A stretch of 64,000 bases of DNA from positions 25,606,001-25,670,000 of the forward strand of contig OZ116699.1 in NCBI GenBank assembly GCA_964199315.1, written 5' to 3'. The number at the start of each line of letters is the position of its first letter. The first letter of the stretch is position 1. Both the position numbers and the translations under genes were made by a program. A model generated the notes under the pieces. The model did no database searches, was not told the DNA's origin, and saw nothing but the letters and a program-made list of their open reading frames with translations. Shown here piece after piece: positions 23,201-35,000 of this stretch. Source of the DNA: Orbicella franksi (taxonomy: Eukaryota).

Positions 23201-26200
23201 AACATGAAGGCGCCTAAATATGTACGACTTTGACCACAAACACTGCTATTCCTTCAGGAAAGTGTATGCGACGTTTCTCCCGTTCAGGCATCGGATGCTC
23301 AAGAAATGGATTTATCGATTAATTATTCCCAAGAGTTTTAGAATAATAGCCATTCAATTTATGTTGTCGAAGGCATACTGAAAAACATGAAGGACCCAAA
23401 AGACAGACAAATATTACCAGACACTGCTATTTCTTTAGGACGAGTGCACGCGACGTGCTATCCGTTCAGACATCGGATGATCAAGAAATGGATTCATGGA
23501 TTAAAAACTTCCGCAGAGTACTAGAAGAGTAGCCATTCAATTTTTCGTTTCGTAGGCATACTAACAAAATGATGGCCCCGAAAAATATACACCTTTTACC
23601 ACAAGGACTGCTATTCCTTTACAAAGGGTGCATGAGACGTTTTGTCCGTTTAGACATCGCTTGAACATAAAATGGATTTATGGATTAAAAACTTCCCAAG
23701 AGTACTAGAAGAGTAGCCATTCAATTTGTTGCTTGGTAGCCATACTCAAAAACATGAAGGCCCCATAAAGAAGTACGACTTTGACCACAAACATTGTTAT
23801 TTCTTCAGGACAGTGTATGCGACGTTTCTCCCGTTCAGGCATCGGATGCTCAAGAAATGGATTTATCGATTAATTATTCCCAAGAGTTTTAGAATAATAG
23901 CCATTCAATTTATGTTTTCGTAAGCATAATGAAAAACATGAAGGACCCAAAAGACAGAGAAATTTTACCACACAGTGCCATTTCTTTAGGACGAGTGTAC
24001 GCGACGTTCTATCCGGTCACGCATCGCATGATCAAGAAATGCATTCATGGATTAAAAAATTCCGCAGAGTACTAGAGGAGTAGCCATTCAATTTCTGGTT
24101 TCGTAGGCTTGCTAAGAAAATGATGGTTCCTAAAAATGTACACCTTTTACCACAAGCACTGCTATTCCTTTACGAGGGGTGCATGCGACGTTTCGTCCGT
24201 TCAGACATCGGATGATCAAAAAATGGATTCGAGGATTAAAAACTTCCAAGAGTACTAGAAGAGTAGCCATTCAATTTGTTGTTTGGTAGCCATACTCGGA
24301 AACATGAAGGCCCCATAAAGATGTACGACTTTGACCAGAAACATTGTTATTTCTTTAAGACAGTGCATGCGACGTTTCGTCCGCTCAGGCATCAGATGTT
24401 TAAGAAATGGATTTATTGATTAATTATTCCCAAGAGCTTTACAATGTTAGCCATTCAATTTATGTTGTCGTAGGCATAATGAAAAACACGAAGGACCCAA
24501 AAGACAGACAAATTTTACCACAGACTGCTATTTCTTTAGGACGAGTGTTTACGACGTTCTAACCCTTCAGACATCGCATGATCAAGAAATGGATTCATGG
24601 ATTAAAAAATTCCGCAGAGTACTAGAAGAGTAGCCATTCGATTTCTGGTTTCGTAGGCATACTAAGAAAATGATGGCCTCTAAAGATATACACCTTTTAC
24701 CACAAACACTGCGATTCCTTTACGAGGGGTGCATGCCACGTTTTGTCCGTTCAGAGATCGCATGATGAAAAGATGAATTTATGAATCAAAAACTTCCCAA
24801 GAGTACTAGAAGAGTAGCCATTCAATTTGTTGTTTGGTAGCCATACTCGGAAACATGAAGGCGCCTAAACATGTACGACTTTGACCACAAAGACTGCTAT
24901 TCCTTCAGGAAAATGCGTGCGACGTTTCGTCCGTTCAAGCATCGGCTGTTCAAGAAATGGATTTATCGATTAATTATTCCCAAGGGTTTCAGAATAATAG
25001 CCATTCAATTTATGTTTTCGTAGGCATACTGAAAAACATGAAGGACCCAAAAGACAGACAAATTTTACCACACACTGCCATTTCTTTAGGACGAGTGCAA
25101 GCGACGTTCTATCCGTTCAGACATCGCATGATCAAGAAATGGTTTCATGGATTAAAAATTCCAAAGAGTACTAGAAGAGTAGCCATTCAATTTCTGCTTT
25201 CGTAGGCATACTAAGAAAATGATGGCCCCTAAAAATGTACACCTTTTACCACAAGCACTGCTATTCCTTTACGAGGGGTGCATGCGACGTTTCGTCCGTT
25301 AAGACATCGCATGATCAAAAAATGGATTTATGGATTAAAAACTTCCCAAGAGTACTAGAAGAGTAGCCATTCAATTTGTTGTTTGGTAGCCATACTCGGA
25401 AACTTGAAGGCCCCATAAAGATGTACGATTTTGACCAGAAACATTGTTGTTTCTTTAGGACAGTGCATGCGACGTTTCGTCCGCTCAGTCTTTGGATGTT
25501 CAAGAAATGGATTTATCGATTAATTATTCCCAAGAGTTTTAGAATAATAGCCATTCAATTTATGTTGTCGTAGGCATACTGAAAAACATGAAGGACCCAA
25601 AAGACAGACAAATTTTACCACACACTGCTATTTCTTTAGGACGAGTGCATGCGACGTTCTATCCGTTCAGACATCGCATGATCAAGAAATGGATTCATGG
25701 ATTAAAAAATTCCGCAGAGTACTAGAAGAGTAGCCATTCAATTTCTGGTTTCGTAGGCATACGAAGAAAATGATGGCACCTAAAAATATACACCTTTTAG
25801 CACAAGCACTGCTATTCTTTTACGAGGGGTGCATGCGACGTTTCGTCCGTTCAGACATCGCATGATCAAAAAAGGGATTTATGGATTAAAAACTTCCCAA
25901 GAGTACTAGAAGAGTAGCCATTCAATTTGTTGTTTGGTAGCCATACTCGGAAACATGAAGGCGCCTAAAGATGTACGACTTTCACCACAAACACTGCTAT
26001 TCCTTCAGGAAAGTGCATGCGATGTTTCGTCCGTTCAGGTATCGGATGTTCAAGAAATGGATTTATCGATTAATTATTCTCAAGAGTTTTAGAATAATAG
26101 CCATTCAATTTATGTTGTCGTAGGTATACTGAAAAACATGAAGGACCCAAAAGACAGACAAATTTTACCACACACTGCTATTTCTTTAGGACGAGTGCAT

Positions 26201-28481
26201 GCGACGTTCTATCCGTTCAGACATCGCATGATCAAGAAATGGATTCATAGATTAAAAAATTCCGCAGAGTACTAGAAGAGTAGCCATTCAATTTCTGGTT
26301 TCGTAGGCATACGAAGAAAATGATGGCACCTAAAAATATACACCTTTTAGCACAAGCACTGCTATTCTTTTACGAGGGGTGCATGCGACGTTTCGTCCGT
26401 TCAGACATCGCATGATCAAAAAAGGGATTTATGGATTAAAAACTTCCCAAGAGTACTAGAAGAGTAGCCATTCAATTTGTTGTTTGGTAGCCATACTCGG
26501 AAACATGAAGGCGCCTAAAGATGTACGACTTTCACCACAAACACTGCTATTCCTTCAGGAAAGTGCATGCGATGTTTCGTCCGTTCAGGTATCGGATGTT
26601 CAAGAAATGGATTTATCGATTAATTATTCTCAAGAGTTTTAGAATAATAGCCATTCAATTTATGTTGTCGTAGGTATACTGAAAAACATGAAGGACCCAA
26701 AAGACAGACAAATTTTACCACACACTGCTATTTCTTTAGGACGAGTGCATGCGACGTTCTATCCGTTCAGACATCGCATGATCAAGAAATGGATTCATAG
26801 ATTAAAAAATTCCGCAGAGTACTAGAAGAGTAGCCATTCAATTTCTGGTTTCGTAGGCATACGAAGAAAATGATGGCACCTAAAAATATACACCTTTTAG
26901 CACAAGCACTGCTATTCTTTTACGAGGGGTGCATGCGACGTTTCGTCCGTTCAGACATCGCATGATCAAAAAAGGGATTTATGGATTAAAAACTTCCCAA
27001 GAGTACTAGAAGAGTAGCCATTCAATTTGTTGTTTGGTAGCCATACTCGGAAACATGAAGGCGCCTAAAGATGTACGACTTTCACCACAAACACTGCTAT
27101 TCCTTCAGGAAAGTGCATGCGATGTTTCGTCCGTTCAGGTATCGGATGTTCAAGAAATGGATTTATCGATTAATTATTCTCAAGAGTTTTAGAATAATAG
27201 CCATTCAATTTATGTTGTCGTAGGTATACTGAAAAACATGAAGGACCCAAAAGACAGACAAATTTTACCGCACACTGCTACGTCTTTAGGACGAGTGCAC
27301 GCGACGTTCTATTCGTTCAGAGACATCGCATGATCAAGAAATGGATTCATGGATTAAAAAATTCCAAAGAGTACTAGAAGAGTAGCCATTCAATTTCTGG
27401 TTTCGTAGGCATACTAAGAAAATGATGGCCCCTAAAAGTGTACATCTTTTACCACAAGCACTGCTATTCCTTTACGAGGGGTGGATGAGACGTTTCGTCC
27501 TTTTAGACATCGCATGATCAAAAAATGCATTTATGGATGAAAAGCTTCCCAAGAGTACTAGAAGAGTAGGCATTCAATTTGTTGTTTGGTAGCCACTCTC
27601 GGAAACATGAAGGCCCCATAAAGATGTACGACTTTGACCAGAAACATTGTTATTTCTTTAGGACAGTGCATGCGACGTTTCGTCCGCTCAGGCATCGGAT
27701 GTTCAAGAAATGGATTTATCGATTAATTATTCCCAAGAGTTTTAATTTATGTTGTCGTAGGCATAGTGAAAAACATGAAGGACCCAAAAGACAGACAAAT
27801 TTTACCACACACTGCTATTTCTTTAGGACGAGTGCATGCAACGTTCTATCCGTGCAGACGTCGCACGATGAAGAAATGGATTTATGGAGTAATAATTTGA
27901 GTTCGTAGAATAGCAGCCACTCTATTTATGGTTTTATAGGGATACTCGCAAACATGAAGGCCCCAAAAGATATACACCTTTTACTCAAAGCACTGCTATT
28001 TCTTTAGGAAGAGGGCTTGCGACGTTTTTGCCGTTCAGACTGCGTGATAAACAAATGGATTTTTGGATTAATAATTCCTGAGGTGTCAAGAATAGTAAGC
28101 CATTCACTTTATGGTTTCGCAGGCATACTCATAAACATAAAGGCCCCAAAAGATATACACATTGTACCACAAACACTGCCATGTTTTTAAAACGAGTGCA
28201 TGCGACGTTCTATCCGTTCAGACATCGCACGATGAAGAAATGGATTTATGGATAAAAAAATTCCGAAGAGTTCTAGAAGAGAAGCCATTCAATTTCTGGT
28301 TTTGTAGGCATAGTAAGAAAATGATGGCCCCTAAAGATATACACCTTTTACCACAAACGCTGCTATTCCTTTACGAGGGGTGCATGCGACGTTTTGTCCG
28401 TTGAGACATCGCATGATCAAGAAATGGATTTATGGATTATAAAATTCCGAAGAGTTCTACAAGAGTAGCCATTCAATTTCT
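20257..28481. repeat. Satellite array, right segment (~15 units of 550 bp), with degenerate monomers at the right edge
   Basis: TGGATTAAAAAC anchors at 20257, 20807 and 21357, and at 25882, 26432 and 26982, give a 550-bp period. Monomers after ~27740 are diverged. Confidence 0.96.
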
Positions 28482-29089
28482 TGTGGTTCCATGTCCACAT
28501 CACAATGTGATTGTGCACAATTATTGCAGTTTCGGCTCTTAAATAACTTTAAGTTGTGCTTTTCCTGGCTATGTTGATGTTGAAATAAGATTTCTTTCTC
28601 CCCACTTACTTGTAGTTTCAATCTGTAGTTGGGATCCTTCCATAAGCGTTTTAAGAATAACACGTTAGGATAGGTGATGGTCAGCCACCCCTAAAAAGAC
28701 TTGATATCAACACCACTGCGAGACTTCTGCCAAGACCCACACTCGGATAATTTGGATAGGTACAAATTCCATCTTGGGGACAAGCAATTCAAAAAAAAAT
28801 TGACTCCAATCGTCATATGAGAAATGCCACGCAAAATGCACCTTCACCCACAGGTGCTTCCTTTTGGAAAACGTTTGATGATAGTGAAATGGGGCTGCTA
28901 GGACAAACCGAATTCGGTTATACTATCACTTTTTCTCTAATATATAGCCAACAGTCACCTTTAAATATAGTTCTGTCCCAGAATTCTGTCCCAGAATAAT
29001 TTGTCACATGTTTCACTTTTACTTCATTCAATGTCCCAGAATATTCTAGAACATTATCAATGACGTCAATAAGTTTTTTCTGAGGTATT

Positions 29090-29690
29090 CACAAATCTAT
29101 AATGAAACAGACTCTGTAAAAGTCCGTAAGACACTTGGTTCATGCCTGATATGTGAAAAAATATCATACAGAGGAAAACAATTGAACCAGTCCAGAGCAA
29201 GAACTTCCATGTATCGTGTACCAACTGGGAGACGTGTCATCCTGATGTTATCCCACATTCAAAAGTAAAAGTAAAAAAAATGCAAGGCCAAGAAAGAGGG
29301 TGTACCAACAACAACAACAAAGATAGTCATCAAGAAAGTCAGACACGAACCACCATCCCAAGGTAACGACAAATGCATGTTCAAGTTTGCCAGTAAACTT
29401 AGTCTCTTCTTCATGGCAGGTTTGCAAAAAAGATTAAATGATGCGGAATGTGCCCATACAATAAAGTGTCAAAATTGTGGAACCGCGCAAAGATCTGCCG
29501 AGCATCCATAAGGCTGTGCGCTACTGACAACAAACAGGAAGTGTGGCTTCAAGGCTAAACTGATCAGCTAACAGCATTGTTCGGGGATTCCAGCATCAGC
29601 TCCTCAACGTACAATTGATGATGTAGAAGAACACCTAATGTCGCTTGAAGATATAGAGATGAAGTACAATGTTCAAACAAAAAACGTTTT
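29090..29690 (+). pseudogene. Decayed intronless RPA70-like OB-fold/C4 zinc-ribbon ORF
   Basis: Stitched across stops and frameshifts it reads: NETDSVKV ... S(W)QVCKK ... TIKCQNCGTAQRS ... ASIRLCATDNKQEVWLQG*TDQLTALF ... DDVEEHLMSLEDIEMKYNV. This resembles the RPA70 C-terminal OB fold with paired CxxC motifs. Confidence 0.4.
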
Positions 29691-29886
29691 TGAAACTGTT
29701 CCGTCCAAACTGAAACAATGGAGCACGTTTAAATGCGCCTGTGCTTTACAGCAAAAACCTTTAAATATGAACATTTCCATGTTATATCAGCCATGCTACC
29801 GTTACAGTTGAATTTTTTTATATACATCCAAAGTTTGGTTTACGTGAGCAAGATCAAGTTTCTAAAGTCACAAAACTGGAATGTGT

Positions 29887-30588
29887 CAGCCGCCACCAGA
29901 AGCATCATGGGTCACAACTTCGGTTACTGAAATATTGACTGGGCCAAAGCCATCCCCAAGACTGGATATATATTTTTTAACATACATGTACTGGGAGGCT
30001 CACAAAGACTACCATAGATCAACTACAAGTTTAATATGGAAAGACCATAAGGGAAAATAGAAATAATTTTGAGTCCATGAACGATGCCAAGTTGTAATTT
30101 GGCCAATTTCTAACTGGGCCTTTCTTTCAGATTCCTTCACTTTCGTCGTCCTAACAAGCTATTATCACACACAAAGCAGCTATTTTTTTTTTACCTTTTT
30201 GCTGCCAATACCATATTAACAGGTCGGAAGCCATGTTTACATTTACATGTATAGTATGTAGCAGGGTTGTCGCTAGGCGCCGGTTGCCGGCGACATTCAC
30301 AGGCTGAGAAAGAGGCGATCGTTGGCTGGATTTTGGTGGGCAATCACCCGGTAAAGGACAACGAATGGTTTTCAGCCGCCACCAGAAGCATCATGGGTCA
30401 CAACTTTGGTTACTGAAATATTGACTGGGCCAAAGCCATCCTCAAGACTGAATATATACTTTTTAAAATACATGTACTGGGAGGCTCACAAAGACTACCA
30501 TAGATCAACTCCAAGTTTAACATGGAAAGACCATAAGGGAAAATAGGAATAATTTCGAGTCCATGTATGATGCCAAGTTGCAATCTGG
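29887..30588. repeat. Local tandem duplication, period 486 bp (~200 bp present twice)
   Basis: CAGCCGCCACCAGAAGCATCATGGGTCACAAC...GAGTCCATG starts at both 29887 and 30373. Confidence 0.9.
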
Positions 30589-31500
30589 CACCACACCCAG
30601 TCTTCGGGTAACAATACAGAACACAACTTGAGTCCAACTGGTGTGGTTTTCAATGAGATGTACAAAAAGGAGCATCTGATTATCAGTACACACATCCTCT
30701 TCCAAAGGCTGTGGCCAAATACTATTGTGCCCATATGCGAGGCTTTGAGTGAAAAAGACTGCCTTGCACACAGTCTTCATGGAGGTACTCACAGTCAAAA
30801 TGACGCCATCATGCAATGCCCTCATTTGGTAGCAAGCAACAAATTGACATGCACCCAGGCCTAGTTGTTGCAAAACTTGCTATAATTTTACTGATTGGGT
30901 TGATTGAGCCTCACTGCCGAGTGAACTCAAGAGACTCGCGCCAAAAATGATTTTTAAACACAAACTGAAACAGTTTTTACTAAACCAGTAGTATTTTGAA
31001 CCTTAGTTCTAGTTTTAAACCTTAGTAGTAGTCTTAGTTTTCAACTTTTATTATTACATGTATACTGTATTTTGGACTTTAAATATATCTTAGACCTTTA
31101 TTTTTTAGAGGACCCTCCTGAAAACCACCACTAAATGATTGGAGACCTCTTAAAATATTAATTTAATATTATTTGGCAGTTGCTGACTGCAGTGATGGAG
31201 CTTATGGCAATCGATTCAGTGTTGGAGGAGCCTGGAATTAACCCAGGACGTACTGTTAGACAGTCCACAAAAAACTTGAATTATTACTTCAGGCAGCTTC
31301 ACAGGCCTAGTAGAATTCTCATTAGTCTTTTGTTTTGATGAAACCTGCAGCTGTGAGGTATTTTATTCTGACCAGTCCGTAAGTTACCGCTTCCACTGTA
31401 GGATAAACGGTTGTTGGTTCCAAGAACAGACAAGAACGCTTTGAATCACTCAGAACAATTTACAAAGAAAGAAAGCAAGGCTGAATATGAAACCCATGGC
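30478..31500 (+). pseudogene. Kolobok-like (Mutator-like domain) transposase C-terminal remnant
   Basis: Frameshifted peptides RLTKTTIDQLQV*HGKTIREN..ESM, AIWHHTQSSGNNTEHNLSPTG, DYQYTHPLPKAVA, VPICEALSEKDCLAHSLHGGTHSQND and SVLEEPGINPG. They match the remembered consensus GRLT..ID.LQ.YYG.AIR.N / AI..H..S.D..P.H..CP.G / LS..LL..CLHG.TQN.NE. Part of the remnant is duplicated at ~29992-30100. Confidence 0.65.
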
Positions 31501-32779
31501 CAAATGACAAGCAATGTCTACCACTCCTCTTGGAAGTGGTACAAGATGTTGAAGTTTCTCATTATCACCCACAATGCCACAAGAAGCTTTGACACAACGA
31601 GAATTAAGTTAATGAAAGTTCAGGAAAATGAATCCCCAGCCATTACTCTAACAAAGAAGACAAAGGAAGACTTTGACCAAAAGAGAATGTCAGTCGTCGA
31701 TAGCGCTGACTGAATACTGAAAGTAAATGAAGCACCAACAACTGCAGCATAACTCTTTCCGAAGAAGACGCATTTGGGATGATGGTCGCAAGAACACTGG
31801 CTCGCTCTAGTCCATGGGAAATAATACTAGCCAAGAAAAAGATGAGAGATGAGACTATTGAACCCTCCGTTGAGGGGCTTTTATGTGATCAATATATAAC
31901 ATCCTGTTTGAGGCTACATGTAAATTCCATGGCTCAGAGCAAACCACTGGCCACATAGAGTTGAGCTCATACAACCCAATAATACTATATGGAGCTCCGG
32001 CTGCTAGAGCAGCTGAACAATATTTCTCTCGTCAGTTTTCCACCTTGTTAAGATTTTGAAATGTTAAAAAGGATGGCATTAATTACAAAACGAACTCTAG
32101 AAGGCTACTTTATCATCCAATCATGTGTCAATGAACACTTTACGACTGGTCTCAAGGGGAGATGTTCTACATGACTCAGATTTTTGACATGCTAGATTGC
32201 CGATATTGAAACATTTGGATAGAAAATACTCACAACTTTTGATGTACATGTCCAACGTAAGAAAATAATTGCAGTTATAATAGTTTCAATTTTGTTTATA
32301 TGTATACATGTGACTAAATGTAATTTAGGCAAAGTTAATCAAGAGCCAAGGCGGCCAGCGGTCACTCCCATTTGCAAATGTGACCTGCGGGGTGACCTCA
32401 ATATAGTTTACAACTCGCCTCATGGCCTGTTAATGTTTTATTGCTTTGCAGCTGATCTTTGCTGCCATGCATTGCTGACTTTTTGCGAATCATTACGTAG
32501 ATTTTAACCTAAAAATAAATAACATTACAAAATCAAGCAGATTGAAGAAACTCAGATGCACGAAAAACCATCCATGTGGGTCATGTTTAATCGTAAAATC
32601 AAATATAAATAAATGGACTGGACAAACGTCACAAAAATACATACACCCCATCTGCCAAACGCTATTTCCACCCGCCCCCCTTCACCACCCGCTGACGAGC
32701 ATGCGCTGTACAAGGACAATTTCGTGACCCTGCTGAGAGAGCAGGCACCCAACGAACCCGTCACGTCTCACACTTCAAA

Positions 32780-32940
32780 CCGTATAATGGACTGTTGCAT
32801 GACGAACCTCATGATCTCAGTGACCTCGATGAAGAGGAGGAAGAGAGAGGAGATCTACAACCAGAGCAAGAACGACGTTACCCAGCACGTGAACGACGGC
32901 GTCCTAATTATTACGTTGAAGAACATGGCTGATTATTGAT
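32780..32940 (+). mobile_element. Possible 3' end of a Ty3/Gypsy pol ORF
   Basis: One frame reads DLSDLDEEEEERGDLQPEQERRYPARERRRPNYYVEEHG*, the R-Y-P-x-R-x-R-x-x-P-x-Y tail typical of Gypsy integrases, followed by a purine-rich tract. No RT or integrase core is seen. Confidence 0.3.
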
Positions 32941-33133
32941 TTAAACTTTTATGACTGATTAAAAACAAAAGGAACTACAAGGTGGAAGTCAGGAAGAAAG
33001 GAACGTTGATTTGTTGCTTTGTGCATACGTAATGATCTGTCGGCTCTATCGTTGTCTGAAGAGCAGAGTATCGGCATTTCGCTAGCAAGTCCTAGCAGCA
33101 ACTAGTCGTGCATCGAGTGAATAGCACGGGGAC

Positions 33134-33502
33134 ATGTGCTTATTCTCGTGTCTTAATGAAGTGGGTATCAATACAATGCAGGGCAGGGAAGCTAAACATG
33201 TGCAAATTGCAAGCTTTGCCGGAAACAGCCAGTACAAACAACGTTGGTATCAGGTTTTTAGGCATGACCACATTAGCAAGCTATGGCTCCCCATCAAGCA
33301 ACCCTCACTATTAGCCTATCATCAGTCACATGACACTCTCATTCCCACCCGCATCCGTACGGATCCCCAGCATTACTGCTACTGTGGCCTGTCTAAAGAA
33401 GCTGAAACTGAACAATGCTTCTTCTGTGGACATAAACTCGTGGAGGAGACCAAGAAATCTGTACGTGATGGCAAACCAACACAAGAGTGTTTAAGGTACT
33501 GA
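33134..33502 (+). other. Orphan intronless ORF with a Cys-rich C-terminus (HYCYCG...CFFCGH)
   Basis: ORF track, 122 aa; no family recognised. Confidence 0.25.
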
Positions 33503-34001
33503 TCTTAGTGATAGTTTTTGATGATGCAAGGCTGTACTCTAGGGACACCTGTTTGCCCCAGAAAACTTAACATTTAAAATATTAGGATGATTGAAGTTAA
33601 ACTGTATAGCAATGTAGGGTATTAACCCTTAAGGGACTGGATCTATAGTTTAAATGTTAATGGACAAGGGCTCTCAATTATTTTTTCTTGGAGCACAGCC
33701 TTGTCATATCCAATTTAAGTTACAACATTTTGATCATTACTGGATATACATGTATAATTCTGATGAATGCCAGCTCTATTCATATACACACTGAACATGC
33801 AAATCAGTTGGGTATTCATGTTAACTCAACTTGTAGTTGTAGTGTCAGTTCAAACAATATTGTCATTTATAAACATGAATTTCAAGATGCAAGTATATTG
33901 TAAACTAAAATATAATGGACTGTTGAGACCTTTGTCTCTCAAATCATTAAAGGGAAATGATTGAATAATTCCAAGTGTGGTTAGTATTGTGTCTATTATT
34001 T

Positions 34002-34638
34002 TCAATGCTGGCTGATGCCATAGCAATTCCAATATCCATAATAAAATTTAGCCCTTAAAAGCTCCTCTTTAGCAATGTACATCATTGTTTTCTTCTTCTC
34101 ATCATTTACAATAAGCTTTGCTTTTCCTTTTCCCTCACCAAGTTGCTTTTTGAATTCACCACAATCTTTGAATTGGTCGAACAGGTTACATAATCTTCTC
34201 AGGCTTGAAAACATTATAGCCACTGATCCTGGTTTCTCTTCAACCTCTACCCCATATCTTGTTCTACCAAGAATCTCCTTACCCAAGAGATTGAAGACCT
34301 CCTGTGGCATGGGAAGGTCGAAGCAAACCATCCAGGGATGTACCTTGCTCATCTTTGAACTTAAATGGCGAAAACTTGCGGTTTTTTGTGCAGATCATGC
34401 TTTGTTCTAGCATGGGATATAGCTCGCCGATGCTGTATTTGGGTATCTCACGAAGACCGCCAAACTTCACTTTCATAACCGCTTCAGCTGGCTTATTTAG
34501 CTCTTGAAATGTATTGTCTAAATCCTTTAGCTTATATGTATTTGAAATTTGTCGCTCAAATTTTGATTTCCTGCAGTTCAGTGCCTCTTTTATTGAAATA
34601 ATTAGTTCGCGTTCGTTGGCTTCACATTGATCCGCCAT
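34002..34638 (-). pseudogene. Intronless unknown gene (~210 aa) split by one frameshift
   Basis: Overlapping minus-strand ORFs 34638-34279 (MADQCEANERELIISIKEALN...) and 34352-34002 (..FDLPMPQEVF...KFYYGYWNCYGISQH*). The start context CAAGATGGCGG is a strong metazoan start/YY1-like motif. Confidence 0.5.
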
Positions 34639-34719
34639 CTTGGATTTTGCCTAAATAGGCCTCAGATCTCCCGCAGCCAAAATGAAAGTTGGCCCAATTT
34701 GATTCGACAATTTCCTGGT

Positions 34720-35000
34720 GTGTCAGCCAATCTCTATCTGGGCCTTTCTTTCAGGTTCCTTCATTTTCATCATCCAAACAAGCTATTATCATACATGTAC
34801 ACAAAGCAGCTATTTTTTGGCCTTTTTCCCGCCAACGCCATCTTAACAGGTCAGAAGCCATGTTTACATTTACATGTACATGTATTTTGTGTAGCAAGGT
34901 TGTTGCTAGGCACTGGCCGCCAGCGAAATTTGAAGGCTGAGAAAGAGGCTATCGCCAGCTGGATTTTGGCAGGCAATCACTCGGTAAAGGACAATGAAGA
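34720..35000. repeat. Diverged copy of 30100-30370
   Basis: Shared blocks CTGGGCCTTTCTTTCAG, ACAAAGCAGCTATTTT, GAAGCCATGTTTACATTTACATGTA and GGCTGAGAAAGAGGC, plus GGCAATCAC.CGGTAAAGGACAA. Confidence 0.8.

Noticed and set aside
1161-28404. Many 65-110 aa ORFs (MLFGSHT..., MKDPKDRQ...) in the satellite as real genes
   Set aside because: They are repeated translations of the monomers. The 550-bp unit is not a multiple of 3, stops recur in every unit, and no splice pattern is evident.
1-28481. CRISPR array interpretation of the regular repeats
   Set aside because: Whole ~183-bp units repeat with no unique spacers, there are no cas genes, and the context is spliced eukaryotic genes.
28490-28900. 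Possible viral SF3 helicase fragment on the minus strand (LMEGSQLQIET...LISTS)
   Set aside because: No Walker A motif or continuous frame could be found, and the similarity is too weak to support.
30100-35000. KolobokP-style long terminal direct repeats bracketing the Kolobok remnant
   Set aside because: The two copies are strongly diverged, lack clear short TIRs and TTAA flanks, and no His-Me nuclease is visible. An independent dispersed repeat is more likely.
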